Shown: in pieces, positions 23,142-36,584 of the stretch
How positions within the stretch are numbered: position 1 is the stretch's first letter
How the letters are laid out: every line of letters begins with the position of its first letter
Virus record (IMG/VR): IMGVR_UViG_3300029288_000057
Span: 1 to 64,000 of that record
Length of the DNA: 64,000 nucleotides
DNA from: a virus
Taxonomy: Duplodnaviria > Caudoviricetes
Strand: one strand, 5' to 3'
The notes under the pieces: model-generated
Told to the model about the DNA's origin: nothing
Seen by the model: only the letters and a program-made list of their open reading frames with translations
Database searches by the model: none
Translations under genes and position numbers: made by a program

Positions 23142-23954
23142 AATAAATTATCATGGGACTAGACATTTCAGTTTATAAAGTAATGCCAATAGGCAATAGA
23201 GTGCCCGAAACAGTGGAACACTTTTTTACTTTAAGGGAATCTTCAGAACTCAACGTTTTTAAACACTTATCCTTTAAGAAGAAGAATCAGTATTATAACA
23301 TGAAAAAAGCTATTAAGGATTTGGGATATAAATCAAAAGATTTGGAATGTACAGGTTATAGCTTTGGGCAAGATATGGATTGTAACTTCCTTAATAAAAA
23401 ACATCTTCTTTATAAAGCATATGCCTACCTAAACACAATTTGGAGCAAAACCTATTTTAATACATTTGAAGAGCTCGAAAAATCAGAATATTACAAAACT
23501 TTCGTTTCCAAATTTCTTGATACCCTAAAAAACGAAGGATGGAAAGAAAATTATTACTACTTTGCATCTGGGTCTAATACCTATTATCATAACCTGAGAG
23601 ATGCTTTTGATTTCTGTCACGATAAAATACTTGTTAGAATATCAACCCCCCCATTGCTCACCAAAAATGAAACCTGCATCGCCATAGAAGAAGTGGGATA
23701 CCAAAGAAAAGGCGCCAATAAACAATTCTATGAAGACAATATGTGGAGCGGCCAATGTGTAATCGATAAGAAAACACTAATTGACCACTGGAAGAAATAC
23801 TTCTCCCATGCCACGCCAGAAAGCAAGGGTGGATTCGGAAGCGGAGTGGAATACAAACAAATCGATGAGGAAATGAAAAGAAACTTTAAAGAAAATATCA
23901 TCGACAAATTTATCGAAGGTGAAACCTTTGTGTGCTATCATTAAAAGCCATATC

Positions 23955-24305
23955 ATGAAAAAAGAACTTTCCTTAACAGAAAAAATTAATCTTCTAAACA
24001 AAATAATTAGAGGAATAAAGTCCTATATTAAAAACTATAGTGGTTCGTATTTTATATGCCATTATCTGGAAGATAAAAAAATAATAAAAGGAAGCGACTC
24101 AAGATTAATTCAACCCGTATTTCCCGAATTATATGAAGTAATCACAAAAGCGCAAAAACGAAGAAAAGACCAATTGATAGATGCTCTTGGTTGTTTCCTT
24201 CCTCACCCTGAAAAAGTCATTTTTTATTATGAAATCGGAGCGTGGACACACAACAAAGAAAGACTAGAAGCAATGCAAGAACTAAAGAAAAAAATCCAAC
24301 AATGA
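23955..24305 (+). CDS. Paralog family B, copy 3
   Basis: Highly similar to copy 2. Confidence 0.8.
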   Translation: MKKELSLTEKINLLNKIIRGIKSYIKNYSGSYFICHYLEDKKIIKGSDSRLIQPVFPELYEVITKAQKRRKDQLIDALGCFLPHPEKVIFYYEIGAWTHNKERLEAMQELKKKIQQ

Positions 24306-24997
24306 AAATAAAAATCACCAAGGACTTTAGAAACCAAAAGGCAGGATGGGAATACGACTTCTCTAAGATAAAGGATTTTAAATTCTTAACCATCGTTGGA
24401 AATAACGGCTCAGGAAAATCCACCATCCTCCAAACAATCCGTGGCTCCGTCCCCACCAAATCCAAATCACTATACGAAGCCGATTACAAAAGATTGGCGG
24501 AGAATGTAGAAATTACACACGATTACGAAAATATATTGTTCCTCGATGCCGTTAAAGATAACGGAAATGACTTTATGAATGCATACGATGCAGTGGGATA
24601 TTTTGAAAGTGGGGGATTTGCAAAAAAGAACTCATCACACGGAGAAGGCGCCCTTATCGATATCGCAAGATTTATGGACACACACAAAGAAGAACTAAAA
24701 GAGAAAACCCTCGTCGTTCTCGATGAAGTGGATAACGGACTCTCAACAGCAAATATGGTCATCTTTATCAACTTTATCTACAAGCTTACACTCCTTGAGA
24801 AATGTGACGTGCTCGTTGTATCCCACAACCCCTTCTTTATTATTCAATCCATTCTCTGCTACGATATATCCAAAAGAAAAATTATTTCTTCCAGCGATTA
24901 TATCAAAGAAGTTACAGGATACGAAATTAAGAAAATTGTAACCCCAGAAAAAAAACCAAATGAAAAAAAAGAAAGACCTAGAAGAAAAACTGATTGA
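24302..24997 (+). CDS. ABC/AAA-type ATPase
   Basis: Walker A GNNGSGKST, signature-like SHGE, Walker B/D-loop VVLDEVDNGLS, H-loop VSHNP. Confidence 0.88.
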   Translation: MKIKITKDFRNQKAGWEYDFSKIKDFKFLTIVGNNGSGKSTILQTIRGSVPTKSKSLYEADYKRLAENVEITHDYENILFLDAVKDNGNDFMNAYDAVGYFESGGFAKKNSSHGEGALIDIARFMDTHKEELKEKTLVVLDEVDNGLSTANMVIFINFIYKLTLLEKCDVLVVSHNPFFIIQSILCYDISKRKIISSSDYIKEVTGYEIKKIVTPEKKPNEKKERPRRKTD

Positions 24998-26183
24998 CTT
25001 CAAAACAGCAATCCTGGCCAGAGAATGCGGCTTCGAAGAAGCGTGTAAGTATTATTACTTTAATAATGGGTTGCACAAAGAAGTTCAAATCTTACAAAAA
25101 CCATCAGGATATGATGTGAATTGGAATGACAATGAATATTATGGTGTTTCCAAAGACGGATGGAAACACTATTCAGCACCCAATCAAGCCCTCCTGCAAA
25201 TGTGGTTGAGGGAAAATCATAAATTATATGTTCTGGTAGATTATAATTTCAAAGGATTTTTCATTAAAACAAAATCATATCACAAATCCCTCGGAGAAGT
25301 CATAGAAATTGGAATATGTTTAAATCAAGAATATTTTAAATCCTACGAAAAAGCCGTGGAAAAAGGTTTATATGCCGCACTGAAAACAATTAAGAAAGAT
25401 ATAAAAAAGCCAAAGGCAAAGCCTGTGAAATAAGAGCCATGGAAACACTATTACAGAAATTAAAGGAAAAGAACTTTATTGAATTGGCCAAGCTTTCCAG
25501 TTCAGTCCACAAAGGAGATTCATATGACCAATACCGATATGTTGGTCCTGTATTTAAGTATTTAGATTTATGCGTCCATAAAGATATAAGAAAATATCCC
25601 AATGTTAAATTGCACGTTGTTTTAATTAAAGCAGATAAAATGCATAAAAAAGAATATGGACAAATGGACAGAATATTTGTATACAACCCCCAATGTAGAA
25701 ATTGGTTTTCCCTATACAACATATTGCCCGATAAAAAACTTCGTGAAGTTTCTATGGTGCAAGATGATTTGTTTAAAATGTATGAATACTTAACAAAGAA
25801 GCAAAAGGCAAAGCCTGCTAAAATAAAACAAATGAAAAAAGATACAATAGTTACAAAGACAACCAAAAAACTTGTCGAAGACTTAAACCTTTTCATGCAG
25901 AAAAGTATATTCGAAATTATTATCTGCGGGGACTTCGATATACCCCTCGAAGAACTAGACGATGATGATGACAAATATGTAGAAATAAGAGGTAGAAAAA
26001 ACAATGACGATTGCTACATGGACTGGTGCATAGGCGCATTCAACAAAAAAGAAATAATCAAATACGCAAAGTCAATTCCCAATGAAGAAGGTAAAGGTAA
26101 CTTCTCTAAAGAATATCTGGAACTGGGAAAATTAATATTGGGATTCTTCGAAAATAAAAACCCCCAAAAAAAGAATTAAAACT

Positions 26184-26546
26184 ATGAAATATCTCTTCTC
26201 AGTAATTATCTGTTTATTTATATTCGCTTCGTGTAACGAAATAGATGTGAAAAACAAAACCACTTCTGATTCCGCAAAAGATTCTCTGAAGTGGGATTCC
26301 ATCTGTAAGGATTATGATAAAACAAAATGGACTTTGGATTCTATTGAAACTGGAATTAAATACAAAAAATTAGATTCCATACTTAATGCCAGCGGTAAAC
26401 CCTTTCTATTATACGGTGGAGAGAAGTTTTACTATTGCTGTACGGATTATATTAATGATACCATAATAACACCCGATGGCAGCCTATCAATAACAATTAG
26501 CAAAAAAGCTGTATATAATCATTTTGGTTGCGATGGAATCAAATAA
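26184..26546 (+). CDS. Putative lipoprotein
   Basis: MKYLFSVIICLFIFASC signal peptide II/lipobox. Confidence 0.7.
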   Translation: MKYLFSVIICLFIFASCNEIDVKNKTTSDSAKDSLKWDSICKDYDKTKWTLDSIETGIKYKKLDSILNASGKPFLLYGGEKFYYCCTDYINDTIITPDGSLSITISKKAVYNHFGCDGIK

Positions 26547-27360
26547 AATTTGGTTATTATGAAAATATTCCCTACCTTTGGGGAAAAATAAAACTACCAC
26601 ACCTATGCAAGAAATGAAAATCGAAAAAAGAACCAGTGTATGTATATGTCAAGTTGGGCAAGCTACATATAAACGCACCTCCATAAATTGCCCAGAAAGA
26701 ATAATTGAATGGGGTGAAATTTCTTCAATTCATTTGGTGCCTTCTATTTGTGAGACTGAACTGGAAGAGGCCTTCCAATACGCACTCTCTAAATTAACTG
26801 AGGATGTAGAAGTGGAGGAAACAAACGAAAAAATGAGTAAACCCGTCGGAATTGACGCAGAAGCTGAATTGTTGAAACTCCTAAATAAAGAAATGAACAA
26901 AACCAAAGAAGAAAGATATTCAGAAATTAAAGAGGTTCTGAATATCGAATCATTTATGAAAGCAACAGATAGCAACCTGGAGATGTTGTTCAAATACATG
27001 TTTTCCGCAACCAATGGAATAAGATTGTCAAATATTGCGGTGGGAGAATTTATTAAAGACGAATATGGGAACAGCATCTTCTTAAGAAGAGAATTAGATA
27101 GGATTAATAAAAGTGATAGATTTATAACCTCATTTGTCACAGTCGGTGATGTAATAGAGGTTGAACACAACGGAGAACTGCGTATTTATAAAGTAGAAAA
27201 ATTTGAAGTTATTTCAAACAGCACTTGTGTACCAACCGAATTTGTTATACACGTTAAATTTAGCTATAACAATGGAATAAGTAGTACAGAGTGCACCTCA
27301 GACAAATTTAAATATGTAAGGCATATTAGTTACGCTTAAAATAAATAAAAACATAACATC

Positions 27361-28290
27361 ATGGAAAAAAAGATAAATAAAATTTTAGAAGAAAATGTAA
27401 TAACATTTTTGACAAAAACAAAAAATGGTTATATCATCGGAATAGTTTCGATTGATGAATTTGAAAACAATCCTGATTATCACCAACAGCATTTTGAAGG
27501 TAATGACTTATCAGAAATATTTGATAGAATATTGTTATGTGGAAAAACATCTCCCCCTTTAGATAAGACGACCGCCACAGAAAAAACACAGTTAACAAAA
27601 AAGATGAAAATTAAAAAAAAAGCAACCACTGTTAAATGGATTTGCGAATTTGAAGGACATGAGTATTTACGTACTCTTTCTGATTTTGGGACAGTAGAAG
27701 ACCCCTCAATTTTTTGGGAAGTCGCCACTTCAGAGACACCCTATATTAATACAAGTGAGTTGGAAAAACGATTTCACTTAACAAACTCTAAACCATTCAA
27801 AGAAGAATCAAACCCAAGAAGGTTTGACCATGATTGTTACGTCCTGACCGATGTGGGAATAACCCCAAGAATAGTCGTCACCTTCGACCAGGCATACGCC
27901 AACAGACTTTATGAAGGCGGAAACTATATTATGAAAATAGCAAAATGTTTCGACGCCCCACTATCAATCGACGCCGTAGAATTGTTAAGCAAAACTCTAA
28001 CAGAAGAATTAAAAAACTGCGGGAAAGACCAAAACGAAGATAAACTAGACCTCATAAAAACATTCGAAGATGCCATAGAAACCATTGACCAGTCAGAATG
28101 TAAAACATACGTCTCCAATTTATGTGTTCATATAAAAACTCCCAAAGGACTCTCAATATATCTGAATGGATGCTTGGCAGGAGACCCACATATCCGCTTC
28201 GAATCCGTCTCCCAGGACATAACAAAAGAGGAATTTAATAGATTACACGACAGAGCAGTGAATAAATATCTTAAAAGATACAAACCATGA
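27361..28290 (+). CDS. Modular paralog family C protein
   Basis: WICEFEGHEYLRTL, CYVLTD..VTFD and SVSQDITKEEFNRLHDRA. Confidence 0.75.
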   Translation: MEKKINKILEENVITFLTKTKNGYIIGIVSIDEFENNPDYHQQHFEGNDLSEIFDRILLCGKTSPPLDKTTATEKTQLTKKMKIKKKATTVKWICEFEGHEYLRTLSDFGTVEDPSIFWEVATSETPYINTSELEKRFHLTNSKPFKEESNPRRFDHDCYVLTDVGITPRIVVTFDQAYANRLYEGGNYIMKIAKCFDAPLSIDAVELLSKTLTEELKNCGKDQNEDKLDLIKTFEDAIETIDQSECKTYVSNLCVHIKTPKGLSIYLNGCLAGDPHIRFESVSQDITKEEFNRLHDRAVNKYLKRYKP

Positions 28291-30210
28291 AAAAAATCGT
28301 ATCTAAAATTGGAGAAATTATAGGATTACCCATTATAGGAAACCCTGTATCTATAAACAAAGAAGTTTGTGGCGAAATTATTGCTTATGACCCACACACT
28401 GGAGAGGTAACAATCGAGGTTGCTGATAAAGTGTATGAGAAATATATGAAATCACGTCAAACTATAGGAATCTCCAGTAGGGAAATTGATAATACAAAAA
28501 ACTTGTGGGAAACCGAAGCAAATTTGGAATTTATACTCGGAAGATTTTGGGTTGACCAAAGATTGGGATGTGTGGCAGTCAGAGATATGATGCACCCACA
28601 ACATTCTATTAATGTGTTAAACGCCCATGCCCCAGACGTCATTTGCTACTTCGAATGGGAAAGAAAAAATAAAATGTCCCCAGACTGTCATTCTTTTGAA
28701 GAAAATCAAAAAGATATAGATAAATGTCACTCCATAGCCAATCACTTAAATGATATGTGGAGACTTACCATAAAACCTGAAAATGTAAAACCAATGAAGA
28801 AAAATGACAATCCAATAAAATACGCAGGGGAATGTGTAGAATTCCTTAAATCCGAAGAAGTGCTTGGAAAAAAACCTTCCTGGGACGAAATTATTTCCAT
28901 TTGGGGAAGAATTGCAAGCCATTCGAATATTAGAGATATTATAATATATGATGAACCTCTATATAATGATATAGCATATGGCATTGTCGCCGTATCAAAC
29001 GGATTGTTTAAATACCACTTCTTCGTAAAACCAAATGAAGATAATACAAAATTTATTTTACGTTTGGAAAATTGGGGTGGGAAATATGAAATGGCAAGAA
29101 TTAACCTGCTGGAAAATATGGGAATTAATTGTGACGCCACAAAAAAAGAAAATGCTGCCATGCAATCTGAATATAGACTTGTTTTTGAATCAGATATAAC
29201 CAAGGAAAATTATATGCAATTATATCACATGACAAAACTCTATAAAGAAAATGCTATTGAAAAAGTTAAGCAAGAATTATCTTACAAATCTGTAATAATA
29301 AACTAAAATCATTATGACAAAAACGCAAGAGGAGATATTAAATGGCATTATTGGCATGTATAATTGCTGCGGTGAAATGGCGCCATCGGTATCGGTATAT
29401 AACCAGTGTAACACAGAGCTTAATTTGAAATACGAAAATAATAATTAAATATTTTGAGCGGTGGAAGAAATTTTAAAAGAACTAAAGAAATATCAAAACA
29501 TAAATGTAACTGATAAGCAATTTGAAAAGATTGAAGGTGAAACTTTGGTTGGTGCAAAAGTGGAAATAGTATGGACAGGACGTGGAGAATCCGATAACGG
29601 ATATTTATTTGCTTTACCCTGCCAATCACCAGACGAAGGTGACGTGTTTGTTCATATACCATTTCCAGACAATTCGGACGGAATTGGTGATGCAGACCCA
29701 CAATGGCTACATCTTTTCAATTTACTAAAAAACAAACGAGTTAAAAAAATTATTTGTAGTGGTGGGTTTTAAAAATATTTAATTATGGCAAATTACCCAA
29801 AAGCACCTTCAAAAACACATACCATCACAATGATGCGTATTTTTATGAAAGCAACTTTTAAAAACTTTAAAATAATTCCTATTAAAGTAAAGGTAATAAA
29901 AAATGAGCTGTGGTGTTGGTGATATAGTTTTGTGGTGGTTGTTCGTCGGCGGATTACTTTGGCTAATATTTGCCAAGAAAGAAAGATTTACTGGCACGAA
30001 CCCAGTTGGCGATATATTAAAAGTATGGTTGTTTCCTTTGTGGCTTATATTATCCACAATAGAATTATGTTGTAAGAGGAAGAAGATGAAGTGGCTTCGT
30101 AAGTATTGGTTATTAGTCGCAATAAAAAAAGCTGTCGATTATTCATTTAACAGGAATTTAATTGGAATTAAAAGAAAGAATATTATTCATAAAAAATAAA
30201 ATCTAATATC

Positions 30211-31527
30211 ATGACAAAAACACTTATTTCAAAGATTCTCCCAGGAATGAGTAAAGAATCTCTCATAGGACAACCTGTAAAATCAAATGGCAACATCCAT
30301 GGGAAAATCATAGAATATGACCCAACAAATGGAGATGTTATAATTGAGGTCGATGATGAAGTATATGAAGGGATATCTAGTAGAATTGCAAACAAGCAAG
30401 ACTTTGAACTATATTTTGAGAGAGATAGGTCATTTGATTGCAGAAGTTCGAGCTATTACGAAGGTCCAATTTTAATAGAAAAAAGTTACTCTGGTATAGA
30501 TATAAAACTTCACGGTTTTTTACAGTTGAAAGACGACGATTTTACTTATAAAATTATTTTTTTTAAATATGACCCATTTAAAAACGAAAAAATTTATCGT
30601 GTTTTACTTAATAAAAAAAAGTATTTCTCAGAGTTTTTACATGAAACAAATGATTTAAATGAAGCAAAGGAATATGTTTATTCACATATTAATACGAATC
30701 AGATAATAGATATCCCTAATAGCTGGAAAATAAATAAAATGGAAATTAAAAGTATAAAAGAAACAATTTTCAAGTGGATTTGTGAGTTTGAAGGAAATAC
30801 TTATTTGCGTACACTTGTTGCCTATAAAGATGGAAGACCATCCTCAGTCTTATGGAACACTATTATTGCCCCAGAAGACTACAGATTATGTGCGGGTTAT
30901 TCTAATGTGGATGAAGACAGAAGTGCCAAGTTGGAAAGTACATTCCAAAACGCAGCAAATTTTGAACCATGTCAAGAAAATGACCAGAAAATCACCGATA
31001 AAGAAAACAACACATCCCTTATAAAAATTTTTGAAAAGGCCATTGAATTCATTGGTCAAAACTCTTGTAATGTACAAATATCTAATGGTTCAATTCACAT
31101 ATCATTCCCTACGGAATTTTCAGACAAATCTGAAATCACATTACGATGTCCACTATGCTGCAATGAAAATGTTTCATATATTACTTTTGGGTCTATTTCA
31201 CAACGTATAGCGGGAAAAGAGTTTATAGAACTTTGTAATAAGACTATGGATAAAATCAAGGAAAAAGACAAACATATGCTAAAAAAGATTATGGAAGAAA
31301 TAACCCCCGATGAAAAGCAGAAGTTGTCTGATGATATAAAAAGAACGTCATCAAAAGAAATTGCTGAAATATTTATAAAAAACATAAACAGTCGAATAAA
31401 TGAATTATTGACAAAAATCAATAGTGAAATTAAGCCTTTGGAAATAGAACATGAAGAAATATTTACTAAAGACTGGGTTGATGCGTTGCAATTCGGAATT
31501 GATACAATTGTAAATCTAAAAAAATGA
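30211..31527 (+). CDS. Modular protein: N-domain shared with 28287..29306, C-domains of family C
   Basis: IG.PV..G.II.YDP..G.V.IEV.D.VYE, then WICEFEGNTYLRTL and IFEKAIEFIG. Confidence 0.75.
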   Translation: MTKTLISKILPGMSKESLIGQPVKSNGNIHGKIIEYDPTNGDVIIEVDDEVYEGISSRIANKQDFELYFERDRSFDCRSSSYYEGPILIEKSYSGIDIKLHGFLQLKDDDFTYKIIFFKYDPFKNEKIYRVLLNKKKYFSEFLHETNDLNEAKEYVYSHINTNQIIDIPNSWKINKMEIKSIKETIFKWICEFEGNTYLRTLVAYKDGRPSSVLWNTIIAPEDYRLCAGYSNVDEDRSAKLESTFQNAANFEPCQENDQKITDKENNTSLIKIFEKAIEFIGQNSCNVQISNGSIHISFPTEFSDKSEITLRCPLCCNENVSYITFGSISQRIAGKEFIELCNKTMDKIKEKDKHMLKKIMEEITPDEKQKLSDDIKRTSSKEIAEIFIKNINSRINELLTKINSEIKPLEIEHEEIFTKDWVDALQFGIDTIVNLKK

Positions 31528-32424
31528 AAATTTCAATGGATATGGAAGGGGTAATTAAATACGATTACCGAATAAGAGAAATTGTTTACAGCAATGGGAA
31601 GAGCAAATTTATTCCAGAATGTATAAAAACTACAATTAATGGTCAAATGGTCTGGGAACATGTTGATAATTATTGTTCAATAGAAAATCAAACGTTTGCT
31701 ACCCAAAAAAGTGCTAAGAAAATGATTGATTATCATAAAAAAGCATTTCTCCAATTTCAACAAAGGCCATTAAAAGTTAATGAAATAATACATTATATAA
31801 AATAACAAAAAATGGAAAAATATAGAATAAAAGAACAAATATTTGATGATGGTAGAAGTAAATTCTTCCCCGAAGTATATTATCCTGAGTTAAGATATGT
31901 TATGGATAGACCAGCGTTTTGGTATAATTTTACCGAACAGGGATATGAAAGTTATGGTGAAGCGTTAAAGGCAATAACAGCACGAAAAGAAAACAAAAAA
32001 CCACTCGGTGAAAATGTTATTAACGTAAAAATTCACGATGTAGATGGCGAATAAATTAGATTTAGCAGAAGCTCAATTACAAGGATATGCATTGGGAAAA
32101 TTGCAACCTTTCTTATGACCACCTAATCAGTTTGTGCAAGTGTCTAGAAGACAATGAAACGCAACAATTAACAGATTATTGCAACTTTTACTTTAGTAAA
32201 GAGGAAGCAAATGATACGAGTGATAAAAAAATTGATAACTATTAAAGAAAAGCCCCCATGAAGTTAAAAGAAATAAAAGAATGGATTGAAAGACTCCCAG
32301 AAGAATTCCTTGAATTCGATGTGGTAAATGCAGAAGAAGGACCCAACGATGGGGGCGATGTATATTACAGATTGGATAAACCAATTACTTCTCTTAATGT
32401 GAACGAAGAAAGTGAAGAAATTCT

Positions 32425-32500
32425 GTTTTTGAATGATAAACCAAAAGTTATATCCCCAGAAATTTTTTTGAATGATAAACCAAAAATTATATCCCCAGAA
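32425..32500 (+). repeat. In-frame tandem duplication (IFLNDKPKxISPE x2) in ORF 32258..32506
   Basis: TTTTTGAATGATAAACCAAAARTTATATCCCCAGAAA occurs twice. Confidence 0.85.
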
Positions 32501-35500
32501 AATTAAAACCCATGAAAGTAATTGTAGAAACAGAAGAAAGAAAATTTAAGCCCGTAACAGTACAAATAACCTTCGAATCATTATCAGAAATCGCCGTTAT
32601 GTTGGCAGCCTCAATACTCACGAAGAGGAATTAAGAGAAAACTTTCCATTCCCAGAAACTCATGAAAGAAACCTTTTATTGAGCGAAGGCGTAAATGCCG
32701 ACCTGTACGAAAAAATTAAAAAACTGTACAAAGAGAATGAATAATTTGAAACTTTTTCAAGGATTTTTCGTATAATATAAAAAAGGATTATATGAAAAAT
32801 GAGGTTCTAAAAGAGAATGTAAGGTTTATCAGATATATGAGCGGAACAACTCTTGTTTGGATGTTGCCACATCCTTATAGAAAATATCATGTGGCTAATT
32901 TAGCAAAAGGACATATCCCAAGAAATAAAAAAGTTTTGGAAGATTTTGTAAGACATATGACTCCACCAAGAGGAGGAACATTTAAATTTACACTTGAACA
33001 GTTGTTGACAATCAATTTTGAAGAAGCATATCAAAACGGAACAGAACCATTTATTTAAAATAAACACCATGAAATTTCATTGGACAAAATATTTAGACGA
33101 AGTTGGAACAATATATTCTCATGACGGATTCTTCCAAGAACGGGCAAAAACAAAAATTGAGCACTTGGAAGAAAAAATAAAGACTTTAAAAGAAAGATAT
33201 GAAGCCGAAGAAATAAGACTTTATAAAGCCGTCTTAAAAGATTGGACACAAGAAGAAATCCAAGAAGCAAAAGCAAAGGCATATGTTAACAACTTGTCTT
33301 ATGAGGAAAAGCAAAACTTAAGTGAAGAAGTGAAAATAGAATTAAGAAAACAAAACTTTGCCATATGAAAGATACAAAATTCTGGAGTAGAAAAATAATG
33401 TTGCCTTTGGGGTTTGAAGTCCTCGGAGCTAATTTTGGTAACAATAGTTGCTATTATAAATATGTCACCTTTTTCCCCGAAAAATTGGCCATGCTCTTTT
33501 TCTCCGCATTCAAAAACAGAATGCTCCTGTATACATTTAAATCCAAAAAAGAATATAACGAATTCCGAGCAGGTAAATTCGCCATTACAGAAGACCAAAA
33601 CAAAGATGGAGATACGGGAATTGTGGGGAACCACTTAAATATATCAACCCCATTAATATTAACCACAGAATTAATCGCCACTCCATAGAGAATATTAAAC
33701 AAATGAGAGAAGCTATTAAAACCGCAAACGATTTAATATCTAAACTTTAATATGGATAAGATAGAAGCATTTATTCTTCGTCTTGATAAAATTGGCATTA
33801 AGGTAAAACTTACCAGCAATGCCCCCTGGATATATCTCACCGAAATTAATGGTAAAAGAGTAACAGAAACATTCCACGGTGAACACGGATTTACAATCGC
33901 CTTCACCCCCATCCGCCCAGACCAAGAACTGCAGTTTACAGATATTGGAAAAATATTTCGACTGATTAGAAAGTATTGTGTGGAAAGATTATCTAATGAA
34001 GTACAGCTTTGTTCTTGGTGTGGGAAGAAACCAAGATATGGAACAGAAACAACTTGTGTAGATTGTACTGATGATATTGATTAATAAAGACACTGTGAGG
34101 AATAAAGAATTTTAAGTATATAGAGGGGTGTTAATTATTTGACATTATGTGGGAAGATAATATCTAAAACAATATTTAATTCCACTTCTTCCAAAGGTAA
34201 AATATTTATCACTTCCAGCATATATTTCTGTATGTACATAAAATCTTATTTTTTGAATAGCATTATCTTTTAAAATTCTGCCAACTATTTTTCTGTAGGT
34301 TCTTTTGTATTCCAGCATTCCTTGAACATAAGACTCTGCTGGTAATTTTACAACAATTTCATGGTTATAAGGCAATGTTCTCTTATCAGTTTTTACAACA
34401 GCATTAATCTGAAGCTGTTTAAAAATATATATAAAGTCATTTTCCATGATAGATTCTATCTCATCCAGGACAACATTAAAGTCAGGGATAAAGCTTCTGA
34501 AATGTTCGGTGAAAATAGCAGGATTGTTTCTCAATTCCATATACTAATAATTGATACGTAATATAATCCAACTTGGTTGCGAATTAAAAAAGTCTTCATC
34601 ACAAGTAATAGTCGCCCATTCTTGGTCTATACCCCACAATAAATAATTATCTTCTTGTTGTATTTCCCAACCAGTATTATTACTTGCATTGTATTCATCA
34701 ATTAAGTTCTTTATTTCGTTTAATGGGGTGTGTTTTGATAACCAAATAGCATCACCATCACCGCCTTCTGAAATAATTGATGAATAAATTAAATCTAAAA
34801 CCTTTTTATTATTTTCTGAATTCATAGCTGTTTATTTAAGTTACTATTTTTGTTTAATATAAGCTAACACTTCTTTTCATCCTGTATAATTGGTTTCCTA
34901 ACATCCCAATGGAGAACAACATAATCATCATTCAAACTTAAAAGTGGAAAACAATTCGTCAAAATTCCTTGTTCCATGATTGTTGTATATTGAACTGTTT
35001 TTGTATAATCCCTTTTGTACCCATGTCTGCCAGATAAACCACCATATGTTTTTTTTAACCATTCTTTAAAAAACAAAATATCAGAGTTTTCTGACAATTT
35101 GATTTTCAGGCAGCCTCTTTTTAATAGTTTACCCGTATAAGTTTTATTATTTAATTGTACATTCATTTTCATTTTGTTAAATTTATTGTGTTTTTTAATA
35201 TAATAATTGGAAACTCTTGTTGTGAAACTCATAATGAGGTTTTATTTCCCATTTCATTGGATGATTTTATTATATCATCATCCTTTATTAACCCTTCAAC
35301 TTCTGCGGATTTTATAACATCAATTTTCGCCAACAATGTCGGTTTTGTTTTCATTAATTTTTCAATTCTTTCAATTTCAGCTTCGAGCTCTTTTGTTTTT
35401 ATTTCTTTTAATTTATCTGATGTTGGTGCAAATTTTGAATTCTTGATATCAATTGGTTCATTATTTAAAAAGAAAATATAGTCATATGATGTCCATCCAA

Positions 35501-35882
35501 ACGAGTGAAACCCCCAACATTCAACCGCATCAAAACTAAAAGACCTAATTTTATCTGTTTTATCATCAAAATAAACCCAATTGTTAACTTTGTTGGTCTT
35601 AAATACTGTTATTGGATGTCCATGATTACACCACCCAACATTGACAAAGATAAATTCATTATCAGTTATTCTAGACATATCGTACAAAAAGAATTCTTTC
35701 TTTTCTACATTTTCCATATTAATTATTTATTGTGCAAATATAACATTAATTCCCAATATAAACAACTTTTCCCCAATATTTTTTACAAATATAAATAAAA
35801 GCAGTAAACATAATAATCGTTTCGATGGACCATGATTTTTTCTGCCCCATATAAAATTGAGAATATTTTTAACTATTTATAG

Positions 35883-36365
35883 GTGATGAACGGAAAAAAA
35901 TACATAAAAGAAACCATAAGAAAAGCGGTCAATAAAATCTTCGAAAATGAAGTAGTAGATTCTATACTCGATAAAATAAATCGCTTTGGCATGGAATCTT
36001 TAACCCCATTGGAAATTGGTTATCTCAATAAAAGCTCAAAGGGAATAAATGACACAGAAGCAAAAGAGCTTCTTTCTATTGACACTGGGTATGTATTTAG
36101 AAAGAATATTCCTGAAATCGGAGATGTTTCATTTACCTACGACTCAACAGAAGAATATGACGAGGGGGAAATCGTACACAAAGGAGATACCACTATAAGC
36201 GGAGATAGAATAGTCTATTCTACAGATATATTTGCCGATGATGATACACCCTTTTCATTTACTTTACACGATGGAAATGATTATGTGGAATTTAATGATG
36301 CAACAGAGGAATTGTTGTCAAAATTCTTCGAAGAAATTGCAGAAAAAATTAATAAAACATTATAA
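35883..36365 (+). CDS. Acidic protein with YIKETIRKAVNKIFE N-terminus
   Basis: Class-3 motif upstream; contains VDSILDKINRFGMESLT..E..YL. Confidence 0.65.
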   Translation: MMNGKKYIKETIRKAVNKIFENEVVDSILDKINRFGMESLTPLEIGYLNKSSKGINDTEAKELLSIDTGYVFRKNIPEIGDVSFTYDSTEEYDEGEIVHKGDTTISGDRIVYSTDIFADDDTPFSFTLHDGNDYVEFNDATEELLSKFFEEIAEKINKTL

Positions 36366-36584
36366 AAGCCACAGGAGTTAGCCAATAATTAAATCATTTT
36401 TTCACTCTTCCCACCCCCTCCGACAAATAACCCATCCCATTTGTTCATAAACGTAAAACAAGTAAATAATTGATATAGCTAACCCCCTCCGACAAACACA
36501 CCCCGCAAAAATAAAAGCCCAAAGCGAAGCTCTTTATTTGATTTTCATTATCTTTTTTGTTATATTTATGGTAAAACAAAGGAA

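Larger units (their letters stand above)
1224..34084 (+). other. Block of ~80 co-oriented short hypothetical phage ORFs with several paralog families
   Basis: Tightly packed + strand ORFs with A-rich, SD-less leaders, typical of Bacteroidota phage accessory regions. Confidence 0.85.

Noticed and set aside
17173-24305. Diversity-generating retroelement behind the paralog families
   Set aside because: No reverse transcriptase in the window, and differences include indels and all bases rather than adenine-specific TR/VR changes.
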